This document shows positions 11,607 through 25,717 of a DNA stretch of 64,000 bases, piece by piece. Source of the DNA: Eledone cirrhosa (Eukaryota); contig OZ024741.1 in NCBI GenBank assembly GCA_964016885.1, positions 174,778,001 to 174,842,000 of the forward strand. The letters are read 5' to 3'. Under the pieces are notes generated by a model. The model was not told the DNA's origin. It saw only the letters and a list, made by a program, of their open reading frames with translations, and searched no databases. Both the position numbers and the translations under genes were made by a program. Within the stretch, counting starts at the first letter, position 1, and the number at the start of each line of letters is the position of its first letter.

Positions 11607-11660
<54 letters not shown>

Positions 11661-12599
11661 GTCCAGACCCATGCTAGCATGGAAGATGGACGTTAAACGA
11701 TGATGATGATATACATAATTTATATATATAAATATATAGTCCACACATTACAGTGTGGACTGGATGTTCTGTGGTACCAACATAACTTTACAGAGAAAGG
11801 GTGGTGTGGGTGGAAGTGGGATGATGGATAGGGGTAGTGGGGTGCAGTCTATATTTGGTTAAAAGGTTTAACATATATATACATATTTATATATATATTG
11901 TCCAACCCATGTATGCATAGAAAAGCAGACATAAAAACGATGATGATGATGATGATGATGATATATATATATATATATATATATATCAATCAATGTATGT
12001 TTAAGTATATATTGAATTATATATTTACTTTTGTGCATATATGTATTTACTTATAATCTTTGATTGCTTTTAGTTATTGTACTGTATTTATGCTGGGACA
12101 GCATTCAAGTCAACATATCAACTCTAGCATTTATTTCATATATTTTTCACCAGTAACATGAAACTCAAGAAGCTTCATTATTTCATGTCCATTTTCCCTC
12201 CTACCATGTATTGGATTGATCTTCATAAACCAAGTGGAAAGTACTCAATACATAATCTAGTGTGTGGATATTTGTTAGAAGTTGAAGTAGTTGGTGTTAG
12301 GAAGGACATACAGCCATAGAAAGGGTTTTGAGTACCTTTCAGCTGTGTCAACTACCCTAGTGTTGGTGCCTTGATAAGCAGCATTTGGTAATGCACAGGA
12401 ATGTATGTAAATGAGAGGTCAGTAAGTCCACTTGAGTTTTGTTTCGGTGAGGACCTATCCAACTCTTGCTAGCAAGGAAAAATAAATGTTAAATGTTGAT
12501 CATAATATACATGTATGTGTGCATGTGTATTTCTCACAACAGGACAACTCATCTAACCCATGCTAGCATGAAAAAATGGATATTAAATGGTGCTGATGA

Positions 12600-12641
<42 letters not shown>

Positions 12642-13540
12642 CACGCGCACACAACAATATATCCTGTATTTCTCAAGACTTTCTCCATTTAAATGACTGA
12701 TTTGTCCTCCTTTTGCATAACTAACTTTATTAATAAATTCCTTTACTTTTGAATTTGTAAAAATAGAAAAATTATAAAATGAAAGCTGATATTACAGTCA
12801 TAGCAGCTAAAATGATGAAATATTAATGGAATATTTTTAGATGAATGGTATTGTGTGTGTGGACTTGGTGGTTTTAATCTCATTTTAAAGAGTCATGGTT
12901 GATTTTGTTTAGTGAAAGATCAGTCCTGAATTGAACAGAACTATTATCAAACACATTCCAGCCATATCTTGTTTTCCTCCCACATTGTGTATCTGTGACT
13001 ACATTATCCAATATTGGGTATATTTTGAGGGAGATTTGGCTTCTATTTCGTATGAGTCAAGTAACTACATTGAGGATCTGCCATACCAGATTTAGGCATT
13101 AGTTAAACAAGCTACTGCTTATGATCTAAGACAATATATATATAAATATGTATATATATGTTAAACCTTTTAACCAAATATAGACTGCACCCCACTACCC
13201 CTATCCATCATCCCACTTCCACCCACACCACCCTTTCTCTGTAAAGTTATGTTGGTACCACAGAACATCCAGTCCACACTGTAATGTGTGGACTATATAT
13301 TTATATATGTAAATTATATATATCATCATCATCGTTTAACGTCCATCTTCCATGCTAGCATGGGTCTGGACGGTATATATATATATATATATATGTAAAA
13401 GGTAAACAGAAATAACAACACAATCGGTACAGTATATGGAAGGAATATATTAGGTTAACGCTTGAAATAGCAGGAAGAGGGTCTTAACGTTTTGGACGCT
13501 ATACACACACATACACATGCACATTCTTTTACTTCTTTAC
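11465..13540. repeat. Inverted duplication: arms 11465-11902 and 13130-13540, ~1.2-kb spacer
   Basis: The arms are reverse complements over >400 bp, with only a few substitutions and a (TA)n length difference. Confidence 0.95.
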
Positions 13541-14584
13541 TGGTTTCAGTCATTAGACTGTGGTGATTCTGGGATACCACCTTGAAGGAATTTAGTCAAT
13601 TATTTAAAACTCAGTAATTATTTTTTGTCAAACTGTGAAGTTATATACAAAAATATGCACACATCATACATGATACAACAAGCACATATCATACATGAAT
13701 AACCCTTCCTCCAGGATATTTAGAAAAACAACAGATATATTCAAAACCTTTATATAAAAGTGCCTATGTCCATTGATGTTCTGGATGAAATATAACACAA
13801 AGGTATCTGGAAATTGAGAAAACTCAGGGAAATAATGATAGATGTAGGCTGGTTTTCTCCCTTACATTAGGTGAAATGGATTCATGTGGAACAGGATGTT
13901 AAAAGTTTTACAGCTTTTTAACTATATATATATATATAATGCTAGCATGGAAAATGAACGTTAAACGATGATGATGATGATGATGATATATATATTTTTT
14001 TCTGATGTGGTTCTCCAACCCATCTAATTTTGGATTGAAATGATGATCTATACAGCCAAAAATAGGTGTAAAATGATGATGATACATACTTATAGATTCT
14101 GAGTGTATCCTGTTTTGATTAGATACTCCATATCATTAAACACTTGTGTTGAACACACACACACATATATATATATACAATACAAATATATAAATAATTA
14201 TATGTCATCACCATCATCATCATTTAGCATCCGTTTTCACAACTAACAATGATTAGATGTGTTGTGATAAGCTGGTAAGTACTCAAGTGAAGCCACTGAT
14301 CTCTAGGTCGGCTGGAGTCCGGACATACAAACCCATGCTCAACCGATTGCATTCTATTGTGGCATCAACACTAGGCAAAGTTGTCATTTCCTTGACACAG
14401 CTGTAGAGTCCTCTTGACTCTGCATTCAGCACATTTTCTACTACTGGATGCCCTTCCCATTACCAAACAATTTACAGGATTGTACTGGGTGATCGTTTAT
14501 CATGTAGCCCACCAACATTAGTGGATTGTCATGTCTATGGCACAACTGAAGTGTCCTCCGGACCCCTTGTATTATATTTATATA

Positions 14585-14900
14585 TAAGGGGTCACCATGA
14601 GATTTGCACCTAGAAAGTTCTCCTCCGAGGCACAATCTGGGCAACATTGTTTGTGGAAGACCAACAGTCGCTCATGCATACCAGCCTCCCCTCTCCATGC
14701 CACCAATATTGTCCAAAAGAAAGGCAATGGCAGATGCAGCTTGGCACCAGTGACGTTGCAACTCATTTCTACAGGTGATTAAACTGGAGCAACGTGAAAT
14801 AAAGTGTCTTACTCATGGACACATAACACTGCCCAGTCAGGAAATCAAACTTACAATCTCATGATTGCAAGCCCAACACTCTAACTACTAAGTCATGCAC
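14585..14900 (-). mobile_element. tRNA-derived SINE (different family, long 3' body)
   Basis: Reverse-complement Pol III-like head near 14840-14900, central ctggagcaacgtgaaataaagtgtctt (also at about 50040 on +) and a GC-richer 3' body. Confidence 0.6.
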
Positions 14901-17900
14901 TTTCACACACACACATATAACATCTGCGACATATCAGAAATCCAGATATTCAGAAATCTTGAAGTAAAAATAAAAGAGTTTAATAACTTATCCCACACAC
15001 ACTTCCATATGATGGTTTATATGTTCTTGGCTATTGATATAGAGACAGATTATTCCATTACATTTTTACATATATTTGCATCACCTCCATTCCTTACAGC
15101 CACACACACAACTGCTACTCTCCATCCACAGCACATTTTACTCAGAAGGCCTAAACCCCTACCACCACCACCACCACCACCATCACATAGATTCTACACC
15201 ACGCACACCCACAAGACCCTCCACCATGCATACACACACAGAAGGCCCCCTCCCACATACACATAAGCCTACCATACACACTCACACACAGTAGATCCAC
15301 CACCACCACACACTCAGACAGAAGATCCACCACTGCCACCACCACACACACACACACTCACAGAAGATCCACCACCACCACACACAGTAGATCCACTACC
15401 ACCACCACCACTACCACCATTACCACACTTACACACATGGCATCCTTCACCCCACATCTACCATCTGTTATCATGTTCAATAATAGGCTGCAATATTATC
15501 TGATTGGTCAGATTTCAACAGACTACCCACAACAACATACATATTTTATGGTGGAAGTCTCACATCTCAAGTCAGAAACAGAAACAGAATGATATAATAG
15601 AATATATAATCTATAAGATAATGTAATATATAATATGACAATATAACATTATATCAAAATATTCTCTCCCTCTCTCTCCTTCACTTCCCGAAAAATCATT
15701 TCAGACACAAAGAAACCCATCTCTTTTTCTTTCTCAATAGTTTCAAAACTGTTGCACGTCAGATGTATTAGGGAAAAAAAAACACACACACACACACCAA
15801 AGAACAAACAAATGAAAAATGCAGTCACACTACAAGAACAAGAAAAAAACAAAAACAACCAAAAGACCAGCTAAAACATGGATTCTGTCAGCAACTGGCA
15901 CTAATTATGATTATTAATTATCAGAGACAAGAAATTATTGAATGGAAGGACTGGAATACAATGTTATCTACAGATATGACATTGAAAAAAATACTACCAA
16001 TATTGGTTTCCTGTTAAAAAGTGCTAAACAACACATACACACAATAGACATATATAATTAACTTTTTAGATACAAAATTGCCCTTGGTTCTATGGTATAA
16101 AAATGTTCATTTAAAATGTCTATATATATATATCAAAAACCATCATAATTTTATGTAAGAACCTTTGTTAAGTTATGTTCCAAATACCAGATATATAATG
16201 AAAGTTATTTTACTAAATCCATTCAAATTCTTGAAAATTTTCAAAATTATTTGAAAACCATAGCAGTGTTTTTAATTTAAATATGGTTACAAAAAGGGTT
16301 AAATTGTTTATATTTTATCTAACAACGATCCATCATAATTTCATGTAAGAACATTTGTTATATTCCAAACCCCAGATAAATAATAAGTTAGTTACATTAT
16401 TAAATCCCCCCAAATTCTCGATTATTTTCAAAATTATTTGAAAACTATAGGCAGTGTTTTTCATTAGAAATATGGGAATGAAAGGTTTAATGTAAGATCT
16501 TGTTGACTTTAGTGTTAAATCTTCAGCAGTTCGAATGACAAGTGTTTTGTTATCTGAACAACAAAACAGTCTGCTTGTGAAATTAATCTGCAAGTGACTG
16601 AGTATTCCATGGACATGTGTACCCTTAACATAATTCTCAGGAAAATTCATCATGACACAGCGTGAGATAAGGTAGGCCCTTTGAATCACAGGTGGATCGT
16701 GAGCTGAGCACCCTTTCCATTAAGGCACACACCTTCACTGTTGTCTTATATTATAAATAACAACGAACATTTACTGAGGGTACTCAATAACATAGTAGTC
16801 AGATTTTTTATAACTCTCAGAGGACTTCAACATCACAATATTGTCAACAGTGTAATTGCTGCTCACAACAGTAAGATCTATTAATCCATGGTACCTATGT
16901 ACAGCTAATTAGACTGGGGAACTTGGTAATGGGTACAGTGTTGAAGACAGGGTATGAACTATTAACACTTTGGTTATCAGCCTGACACATTACTTTGGCC
17001 AGTCTGGTCTTGTGTCTACCTTAGAAATTATTATTTTACTTCACTTCATCCTTTTATATACTTAGTTAATTTCCTAAGGAGGTTGACTATCTTTTATTGG
17101 GAGCAGGACAGGTGGTCTATGAAATAAGCCTTGTACCACCTTCCACTCTGACACTGCTTCACCCCTCCTCTTCTCTTCTCATTACCCACTAAGGTACCTA
17201 CACTAACAACTATGCCTCCAGTCTTTCCTCCTTATGAATGTCATCCCTCTGGAATTATCTCCCAATACAATTCTTTCCTGCATGAGTTCACCTGCAACAA
17301 TTTAGACTGAACATCAACAATGGTGCTTGCATCCTGGATTTTAGAATAGATACACCATATCCCTACATGTCGTAAGAGGCGAGTAAAAGTATTAGTGCCA
17401 AGAAGGGCATCTGGTTGTAAAATATCTCAAAACAATCCATCGAAACTATGCTAGCATGGAAAAGTGGATGTAAAAACGATGATGATGATCAGCAGCATCA
17501 GTCTTGGAGAGCATGCAAAGGCACAATTCCTTCTTCCAGTGCTAGCACCCCCACCCATCCAGCAATATTCAGATATTAGTTCAGTTGACTATCTCCATCT
17601 AATAAAAACCAGCCTTGTGCCAAGTCTAAAGAAAGCACTTTAAATCACATCACACTAAACACAGAGGCTTAAAATAAAAGTAACCATGAAATTATGCTAA
17701 TCTGAGTTATGTTTAATGTTTTATTCCAGCTGGCTGTTTGTGATCCACTGAAGGATGAAGCTGTAGCGACAAGACTGGTTTTTAGTCTACCTGTTCAGGC
17801 CGACCAATTGGATTGGGTGCTGGTTGAGGTTAAGTGATTATTAAATTCCACCTAGGTGGTGCTGATAGCCACCTAAGTGGAATTTGAACTCAGAATGTAA

Positions 17901-18090
17901 AGAGCTGGAACAGATATTGCAAAGCATTTTGTCTGAAGTACTAACAAATTTGACAGTTATATTCTTATATAAAAAATTTTAATAAGAAAAGTCAAATTCC
18001 TTTTAGAAAAAAGATTTTGAGGTAAAGCTTTTGTTGAAATGAATAATGGCATCTAATTAAAAAGTAAACACAACCCTGTTTACATATTGC

Positions 18091-18503
18091 ATAACCCTTT
18101 AGCATTTACATTACTCTCTATTTATTATTGTATTTTTGTGGTAAAGACTTTATCTCACATAATTATCTCATATAATATCGAATCTATGAGATTTTGATAT
18201 CATTTATTTTGAGAAGAATACCTTAACATAAGTATGAGTAGCTGGTTATGGCCAGTTTGAACAGAAAGAGGTGAGAGAATTCTGGTCGGATATGGCCAGT
18301 TTAACCCTTTAGCATTTAAACCGGCTGTATCTGGCCAGAATTTTCTCACCTCTTTCTGTGCAAACTGGCTGCAATAAGGTATTGTCCTCAAAATAGATAA
18401 TATCAACTGTCTAACTCTCCTAAGACATTCTAACCATGAAATGAAGTCTTTACCATGAAAATATAATAGTATATATAGAGTAATGTAAATGCTAAAGGAT
18501 TAA
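18091..18503. mobile_element. Head-to-head pair of P1 TTAA MITEs forming a ~410-bp palindrome
   Basis: The inverted copy 18091-18301 abuts the forward copy 18301-18503 at a TTAA. Confidence 0.8.
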
Positions 18504-19196
18504 ATTGTAAAATAAAAAAGTGATGAAAAATTGACATTGAAAACAAAATATTTCAATTCTTAGATGTATATATATATGCATACATATAAAGACCTGATGC
18601 AGTCAAGTGTCAACTTATCAGTCCACCAGTAAAAAAGATATAAAATAATATATCTGTTATCATTAAAAAAAACCCCCAGAAACATTTGACCAAAAAATAG
18701 GTGAGAGGGGAAACTGAAATTATTAAATCTTAGAAATTAAGTTATGCTCCAATCACCAAATTAATAATGAAAAAGTTAGTATATTATGAAATCCATCCCA
18801 ACTGTTGATTATTTTCAAAAGCATCTTTTATTCAAAATATGGTGATCAGATGGTGAAAGTAATCTGGAGTAAATTGGTCTTCACTAAATTTAAATGAGTT
18901 GGAAAACAATTAGTTGAAACCAATCTAAGAACAACACATTATTGAGTTACTAAAAAAAAAACAAAAAAAAAACGTACCAGACACATTGTCACACATACCA
19001 GATAGTGAAACATGTACCAGATACTGTTAGTGTCTGTCACAAATCCAGACAATTGATACTCTGAAGCAATAGTATATAGATAAACTAATAGTGGTTATTA
19101 AATTAAAATGTAATTCATTGTAAAGCATAACTAGCCATTTTGATATTGAGTACAAAGAAAAAAAATGATATTTATTTGGGGTGTTCTTAAGGAATA

Positions 19197-19719
19197 CCGT
19201 ATATAATTGAATATAAGTCAATCTGAATATAAGTCGACTCCTATTTTATGTCTGAGAAATAGGCAAAAATCCAAACCTTGTTTATTCACCAAGGCAGGTA
19301 ATCAACACATTATGTTTAGATGGTGCAGTTTTGAAATTTTGAAATTCTAAGAAAGTTTTAATATTTTGATATTTAAAATGTTTTAAGAGTCGTTTAGAGT
19401 TTAGTTTTTGTTTCACAACTGTATTATGTAATGATTTTTTTACCAATTTCTGACCCTTTTGGAGGTCATATTTATTTAAAACATCAAAAATAATAGGAAA
19501 TATGAATTTCATGTCGAAAGTGAATCCGGTGTAATATTCACTCCCAAAGTGAAACCAGTCTAATATTCACCCCCAGAGCAAAAATATTTTTAACACCTCA
19601 TTTAGGTAGAAACTTGGTCAAAATAGGCAAAATATTTACCTCAAATATAGGCCATCCCCCATTTTAACATCAATTATTTTTTGTCACATATTTCTTGGCA
19701 TATATACAAGTATATATGG
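19197..19719. mobile_element. Degenerate Tc1/mariner (pogo/Tigger-like) MITE with TA TSD
   Basis: ta|ccgtatataattgaatataagtc ... gcatatatacaagtatatatgg|ta, imperfect ~24-bp TIRs. Confidence 0.55.
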
Positions 19720-22700
19720 TATATATCATTATCACTCTTGTGTCTGTTTCTCCATGCAGGCATAGTTAGATGACACTATTTGAGATAATATTCTACAGCT
19801 GGAGACCCTTCTTCACACCAACCTTAATTTGTTTTGTATATATATGACCTTGAAGAAGTGGGATCTCTGTTTATGTGGGGTGTAAACAAATATAACAATT
19901 TATGAAGTTGAATGCAAAGAAAAGAGAAGAAACAAGTAAACAAACAAACGCACATTCGATTTCCAGACCAGGTAGCGCATTGGTGTTTGAGCTAGACACT
20001 ATTTCATGTTTCCTCACATCATGTCACACTGAATCTCCCTGAGAGCTATGCTAAAGGAACATGTGCTGATGGAATGCCCAGTCACTTAAATGTTAATTCT
20101 ATGAGCAGGCAGATTCATTCATGCACTTATTGTCGAAAACAGATTTCTTTAGTTTCTGTCTCCCCAATTAACTCACAAGGCTTTTTTGTTTGTGGCTATA
20201 GTAGAAGACACTTGTCCAAGGTACCAAGCAGAGGGATAGAAACTCAGACCATGTACTTGTACCTATCTTAAGGAATACTTTAGGCTGTGTCCTTCAGAAA
20301 TACACACCAAACAGCTTTTTTTTCTTTAGTTCTATTGTTGTGGTGCCTATGGGAGTGAAGAGTGTTGATGTAGTGTAAAGTCATGACTATTCCCACCACC
20401 ACTTCAACTAACAGCCTGGTCTGATTGCTTGTAACAGAGCAAACTTTACTAAAAGACACCCTAATTGTTTTTATTTGCAAGATGGTGGCTCCCAGTCCAT
20501 CTGAGAGGTCAGTAGCTTCTCTTGAGTACTGATGCAGTCTGTGAAGGTTTAATCAACCTTTGCTATCATTGAAGACGATCAAATTCTGTTTGTAAAACTT
20601 AAAATTAATATTCAAACAGAAACACAGACTCAATGTGGCTGTTTCTGAACATGTCAAACTACTCCAGTATCAGTAACTGATTGGTGGCCAAGAAACTTCA
20701 AACAACAGTACCATACCACTGTACCATTGTATCACTATATTACTCTAACTTTATACCACTGTACTTGGAGATCACTACAATTGTGGTAATGAACATAATA
20801 ATACAATCATTCATTCACACTGTCTTAATAAAATAACTAGAAGAAACGAAAAGAAAAAAAGTTAATAGAAATAGTTATGACAATGATATTAGTTATGACA
20901 ATGGGAAAAAATCCCCCAAAATCTATGAAGTTATCAGTTGGCAATATTTTGATTGTGACTTCCGGAAACATTATAAAGAAACTCCTTGGCTAGTTCATTC
21001 CCACACCAAACCTTGTTTGACAACAAAACTTGTTTTGTCTAACATTGATTCACTTCAGTCATAATTTTTAAAGAAACTGATTTATGTCAAATAAAGAGTT
21101 CTCTGCATTTATGTTTAACATGCTGTAATGATTTACTACAAAATATCTAAAAACAGGTCTGTTCATTCAAATGTTTAAAGTATCTTTATTAGTGTACTTG
21201 TCTTTATGAAAATTTGCAGTTAGAGTAAAAGCTTTGATTTTTAATGTAATGCTGTTGTATTGCTGTATTCTACTTTTCAAGAATTTTTTAAGCCAGAGGT
21301 TTCCAAGTTTCTAATGTCTTTCATTCAGTTTACTTGGTGGCAAACTCCACTCTATTTTGTACAGTAACTTGAGTTTACATCTATACCATAATACAGTATC
21401 TGACAAAGGGGGAACTTATAAAATATAGACAAATAAAGAGAATGATTGACAAGTGTTCAGCCATGTTGATTTTTTCATTCTACATTGTATTTCATTTCTT
21501 GAAAGAGTTATTTTCCTCTGAATTGGCAACAAAGTAATTAAAAAGTATGAGACAGATTGTTATGTCCAAAATGGTAGAAAGAAAACAAATTACAATTTAA
21601 AAAACCAAAATAGACCTACTTCTCCGAATTGAGAAATCACAGCCTGATACTATGGGCATGTGGATAGAATGTCTCAGGCAAGAATCGCCAGACAGATTTT
21701 ACGGGCAAAACCAGCTGGATCAGTTGGAGACAGTTGCTACTGACAGGACCCACTGGAGTTAGTGTTTCAGGACTCTGCCTCCACGACTCTCTCAGGAATA
21801 AGTGGGCGAAGAAGAAGAAGACCTACTTAAAATTTTCTTTTCAATAAATTGTTTTTATTTATAATTGAAAAAATTATGTATAAATTTATCTCCTTGTATA
21901 TGCAAAAGTTACCTCAAGTTAAAACCTAAGACAAATTTAATGTTAGTATATCTATAGTTTATAAGCCTGACTGAAGATATAAACAAATTTAAAACCATTG
22001 TTTTCTCTTTGAACACAGAAAAATATAAGAAATTGACTTTATATGTTTCTCAGTAGTCCTTTGCATTTTAGTATCAAGCAAAAGAAAGAAAAAGTTGGTC
22101 GTTCATCAGAAAACAAATCCCTAAATGTTTTTACCCATGAAGAGAACTTACAATAAAATGCTATATATATAAAACACAAAAAATGAACATAATTGAAGTG
22201 TCCTGACTAATTTACATAAGATGTATTTGTCTTTGAATATAAGCTCTCCTTGTGAACGTTTTCAGATTAGTTTATGTCTTTACAGTGAGGTTTAAAAACT
22301 AGTTATTAAACATATCTTAAATTTTCTAATGTAGACTACTGTGTATAAATATTTATTTCTTAATTAGGGCTAAAATGAATATAAGGTATTAGAAAAAATA
22401 ATTAAATGAATTTACAGCTGTCATATAGCTTGACTTCCTACAAAGTTGCAACTCATAGGAAGTTTCTTGTGTGTTTTAATGATAGGGGGTTCCATCCTAT
22501 CATGAAAAGCAGCTTGAAATGAAGTGTTTTGCTCAAGCATACAACATGCCACCCAATCCAGGAACCAAAGCCACAACCATGATTGAGTCCAATACCCTAA
22601 CCACAAGGCCAGAGAAATCATGTCATGTGGGATATTCATGCCATTCTCAATATCACTAGGACTGAAAATGAATTGAAATTGGGCCAAGGCTTCTATATAT

Positions 22701-25635
22701 AGAAATCGCTCTGTAATTTAATACAGCCATATAAAGATTTGTTTTCAATTATGCATGCAGCTTTAGGCCAGTAAATGACTGACTATCATAGCTTCTAAGT
22801 AAAATACCCACCACAGTGAATAATTAATTTTACTGATGTAGAAAATATAAGAAATTATAGTCATTGCTTCTTGAATAACAAAAAAAAAACCAAAAAAAAA
22901 AAATCCCTTCCAATTTATATACTTCCATTGGTTACAATTTTTTTTCAAGTGAAATGTCTGGCTAGCTAGCCCCCTTTTCCGCTTTGAAAAAAAAAAAAAT
23001 GTTCATACCAAACTGCCAGAAACTACCCCTGTTTCTTTATTTAAAGTATTTATATATATTTTAAAATCTCTTGTAATTTTATGTAAGAATCTTTTTTATG
23101 TTCTAAATGCCAGATTAATGAGTTATATTACTAAATTCCTTTAATTTGAATATCATAGATCATGTTTTTAATAGAAAGGGTTAAGGGAGTTGTGATGTTC
23201 TAGGTTCCACCTGTCAAGGTTTTCTCCCTTCCAGAATCTCTTTGGGGTCTTGGGATAAGTGACCTTTGTGCGTCCATCCCATGGTCGCAGGCCCATCGCC
23301 AGTTTTTCTGGCATGAAATGGAGACTGTAATATATTTTTTGAACAGATGCGTCCCTTGTTAACCCGTGTGAAAGACGGTGCGGTACAGTTTTTCTTTGTT
23401 TTCTTCATCATGTTTCAGTTTCAGTAGTCTTATTTGCACCAGTCACCAATCTAGTACTTTGTCAAACCTATGAAAACTAGGCTTATTTAGAGGCAGCCTT
23501 TACTTGCCTTGTCATAGCTGGGTTGTAAGAGTTTTCTTGGGAGCCACAGGTATAACCCATTGCTCCATCTCCCCTAGTAGTTTACTGCTGTTGGTCTGGG
23601 GTTGCTTATTCGTCCAGCAGTTGCCTGCCATATCGCAACTAGCCATCATATCTGGTGGCTGTATCACTATCCGCCACCTGCGACCCATTCTCTAGCAGAA
23701 CAGCTCTGCCGAGTGATGGAAGGCAGGAGGCTGGATTAAGTGCAAGAATGACAAAAGCTGGTGCAGTAATGCACCAGCTTCAGCATTCAGTAATAAGAAG
23801 GGAGGTAGGCGTAAAAGCCATGGTCATGAATCTTAGGTAATGGTTGAAAGAATACAATCACGAGTAATGTTACTCCAAAAACCCTTCAGAGGAACCCCAT
23901 TTCAACCGTTTGTATTCGCTCGGTCATTACCCAAGATTCATGACCATAGGTAAATAGTTATTTGTTTTAAAAACATTTTGTTTCATATTGTTTTTTTGTG
24001 AGCAGGGTAACAAATGCGTTTCTTTGTAAAATAGGCGGAAGAAATACGCAAGATATTATTTTGTTCCAAAGCTACAGTTTATCAGTTATCAGCTAAAGAT
24101 AGACAGATACATCCATACAGAAGTCTTTGGTCAACTCAAGGTTATAGCTAGAAGAGATTTGTCCAAGGAACTGTACAATAGAATCAAACCTGGAACACCT
24201 TGGTTGCAAAGTGAAATTCTTAACTACACAGCCACACATGCACCTATATTTCCAATATTGATTGCTGTCTGTAGACATCCACCCTTATATATAGATGCAG
24301 GCATGGCTGAGTGGTTAGGAAATCTGCTTCACAATTATGGAGTACAGCTTTCAGTTGCATGATATCTTGAGCAAGGATCTTTTACCATAGCTTTCAGTCA
24401 ACACAAACCTTGGGATGAAATTGAGTAGACAGAAACTGCAAAAATGCAACCTTGTCACACACAGAGTTAACCTTTAGCATGCTAGAAAGTTTTACAAATT
24501 GCTTCCCTTTACACTGCAGTATGTATTAAGGGGAGATTATTCTATCAGCGACATAATGCACCTGGAGTGTCCAGAAGGTTAAGCTGATTCCAATTAAGAA
24601 TTACAATACAGTTACTTTGTCTATGGAATACTCAGCCACTTTGCATGCTAATGCAACAAGTAATTTGTTCAGTTGATTGAACAACTGAGAACTGACATGT
24701 TTTTTTCAATGGGAGAGTCTGTCATCTACACAGACCACTACCAGTAGCTTATCAACTGTGGGGTGTATCTTTATAATACATGAACATATATATATATAAG
24801 ATACAATGCTAGGGTAAAATACACAAAGAAAACAAACAGCACATGGATTATATGTGATGATTTCAAAAATTAATAAGAAGTCATGCCTGAATAGAGAGAG
24901 AGAGGAAAGAGAGCTTTGGTAATACACTAGCTTATAAATAAATAAATATAATAACCAAAATCATCAGTCAAGGTTGTGCCCCAGCTTGGGCATAGTCCAA
25001 TGACTGAAATCACTAAAAGAACAAAGGAATATATATTTACAAGAAACTAACAGACAAAGAAACAATAGTTAGCCACTGACCTGATTAAAGCTCAGATTTA
25101 GCAGTTTCTCCTAATCTGGTCATATAAGAATTAACATCAATACTATAAAGCACGGTGTACATAAAAGAAAATATTTTTCTACTTATTCTCCAACGTCCTA
25201 AGGATTAACTTTAAATGGTAGTCACTATACATTTGCTTTACATGGTGATTTATGAACAATAGTATGATCATTGCTTACAAGTGTCCAACGAAGCAATCAC
25301 TGGCTTACTGTGTTTCTCTGAGAGAGAGAGAGAGATTGTGTAACAGTGCACAATTGTTTTTGTCTTCTAATATAGCGTTGAAGGAGTTGCCAACACCAAT
25401 AACTATAATGAGTGGATTTGCTAGACAGAAACTGTGAGGAAACCCATCATACATTATATGCCACATCATATACACACGTATTCATTCTGAAGAAACTATG
25501 AAAGTAGCAGCTTTTCATTGTCACAAATATGCATGATACCCGATGACTTTACGAGGGCAGACACACTGACCATTGAGAAATGCAAGAATGTTCTTTCCTA
25601 TGATATGGCTACAGCATCCCCTAACAAAATTATAC

Positions 25636-25717
25636 CAGAATGAAGCTCAACAGAGTCTCCTTTTCTTGCTGAACCATTAAAAGAGCCTTCTTCCTTGGCT
25701 GTGGTTTCGCTAGACAT
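25636..25717 (-). CDS. Candidate (alternative) first coding exon of UBTD, speculative
   Basis: ATG-initiated 82-nt segment MSSETTAKEEGSFNGSARKGDSVELHS+G|gtataa is phase 1 and would join exon 2 as ...[10 protein letters not shown]. Length is similar to the vertebrate first exon, but the donor is weak and the MGxC start is absent. Confidence 0.15.

Noticed and set aside
11500-11610. Hammerhead ribozyme or Penelope-like terminal motif around cgtccgaaac
   Set aside because: The GAAAC half is present but there is no upstream CUGANGA core or stem II. At most a truncated remnant.
14895-15440. Pro/His/Thr-rich ORFs
   Set aside because: They derive from (CAC)n/(CA)n low-complexity sequence with short agatccacc repeats.
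17490-17558. MGGGASTGRRNC... as UBTD exon 1
   Set aside because: No MGxC match and no suitable donor; the frame runs into a repeat tail.
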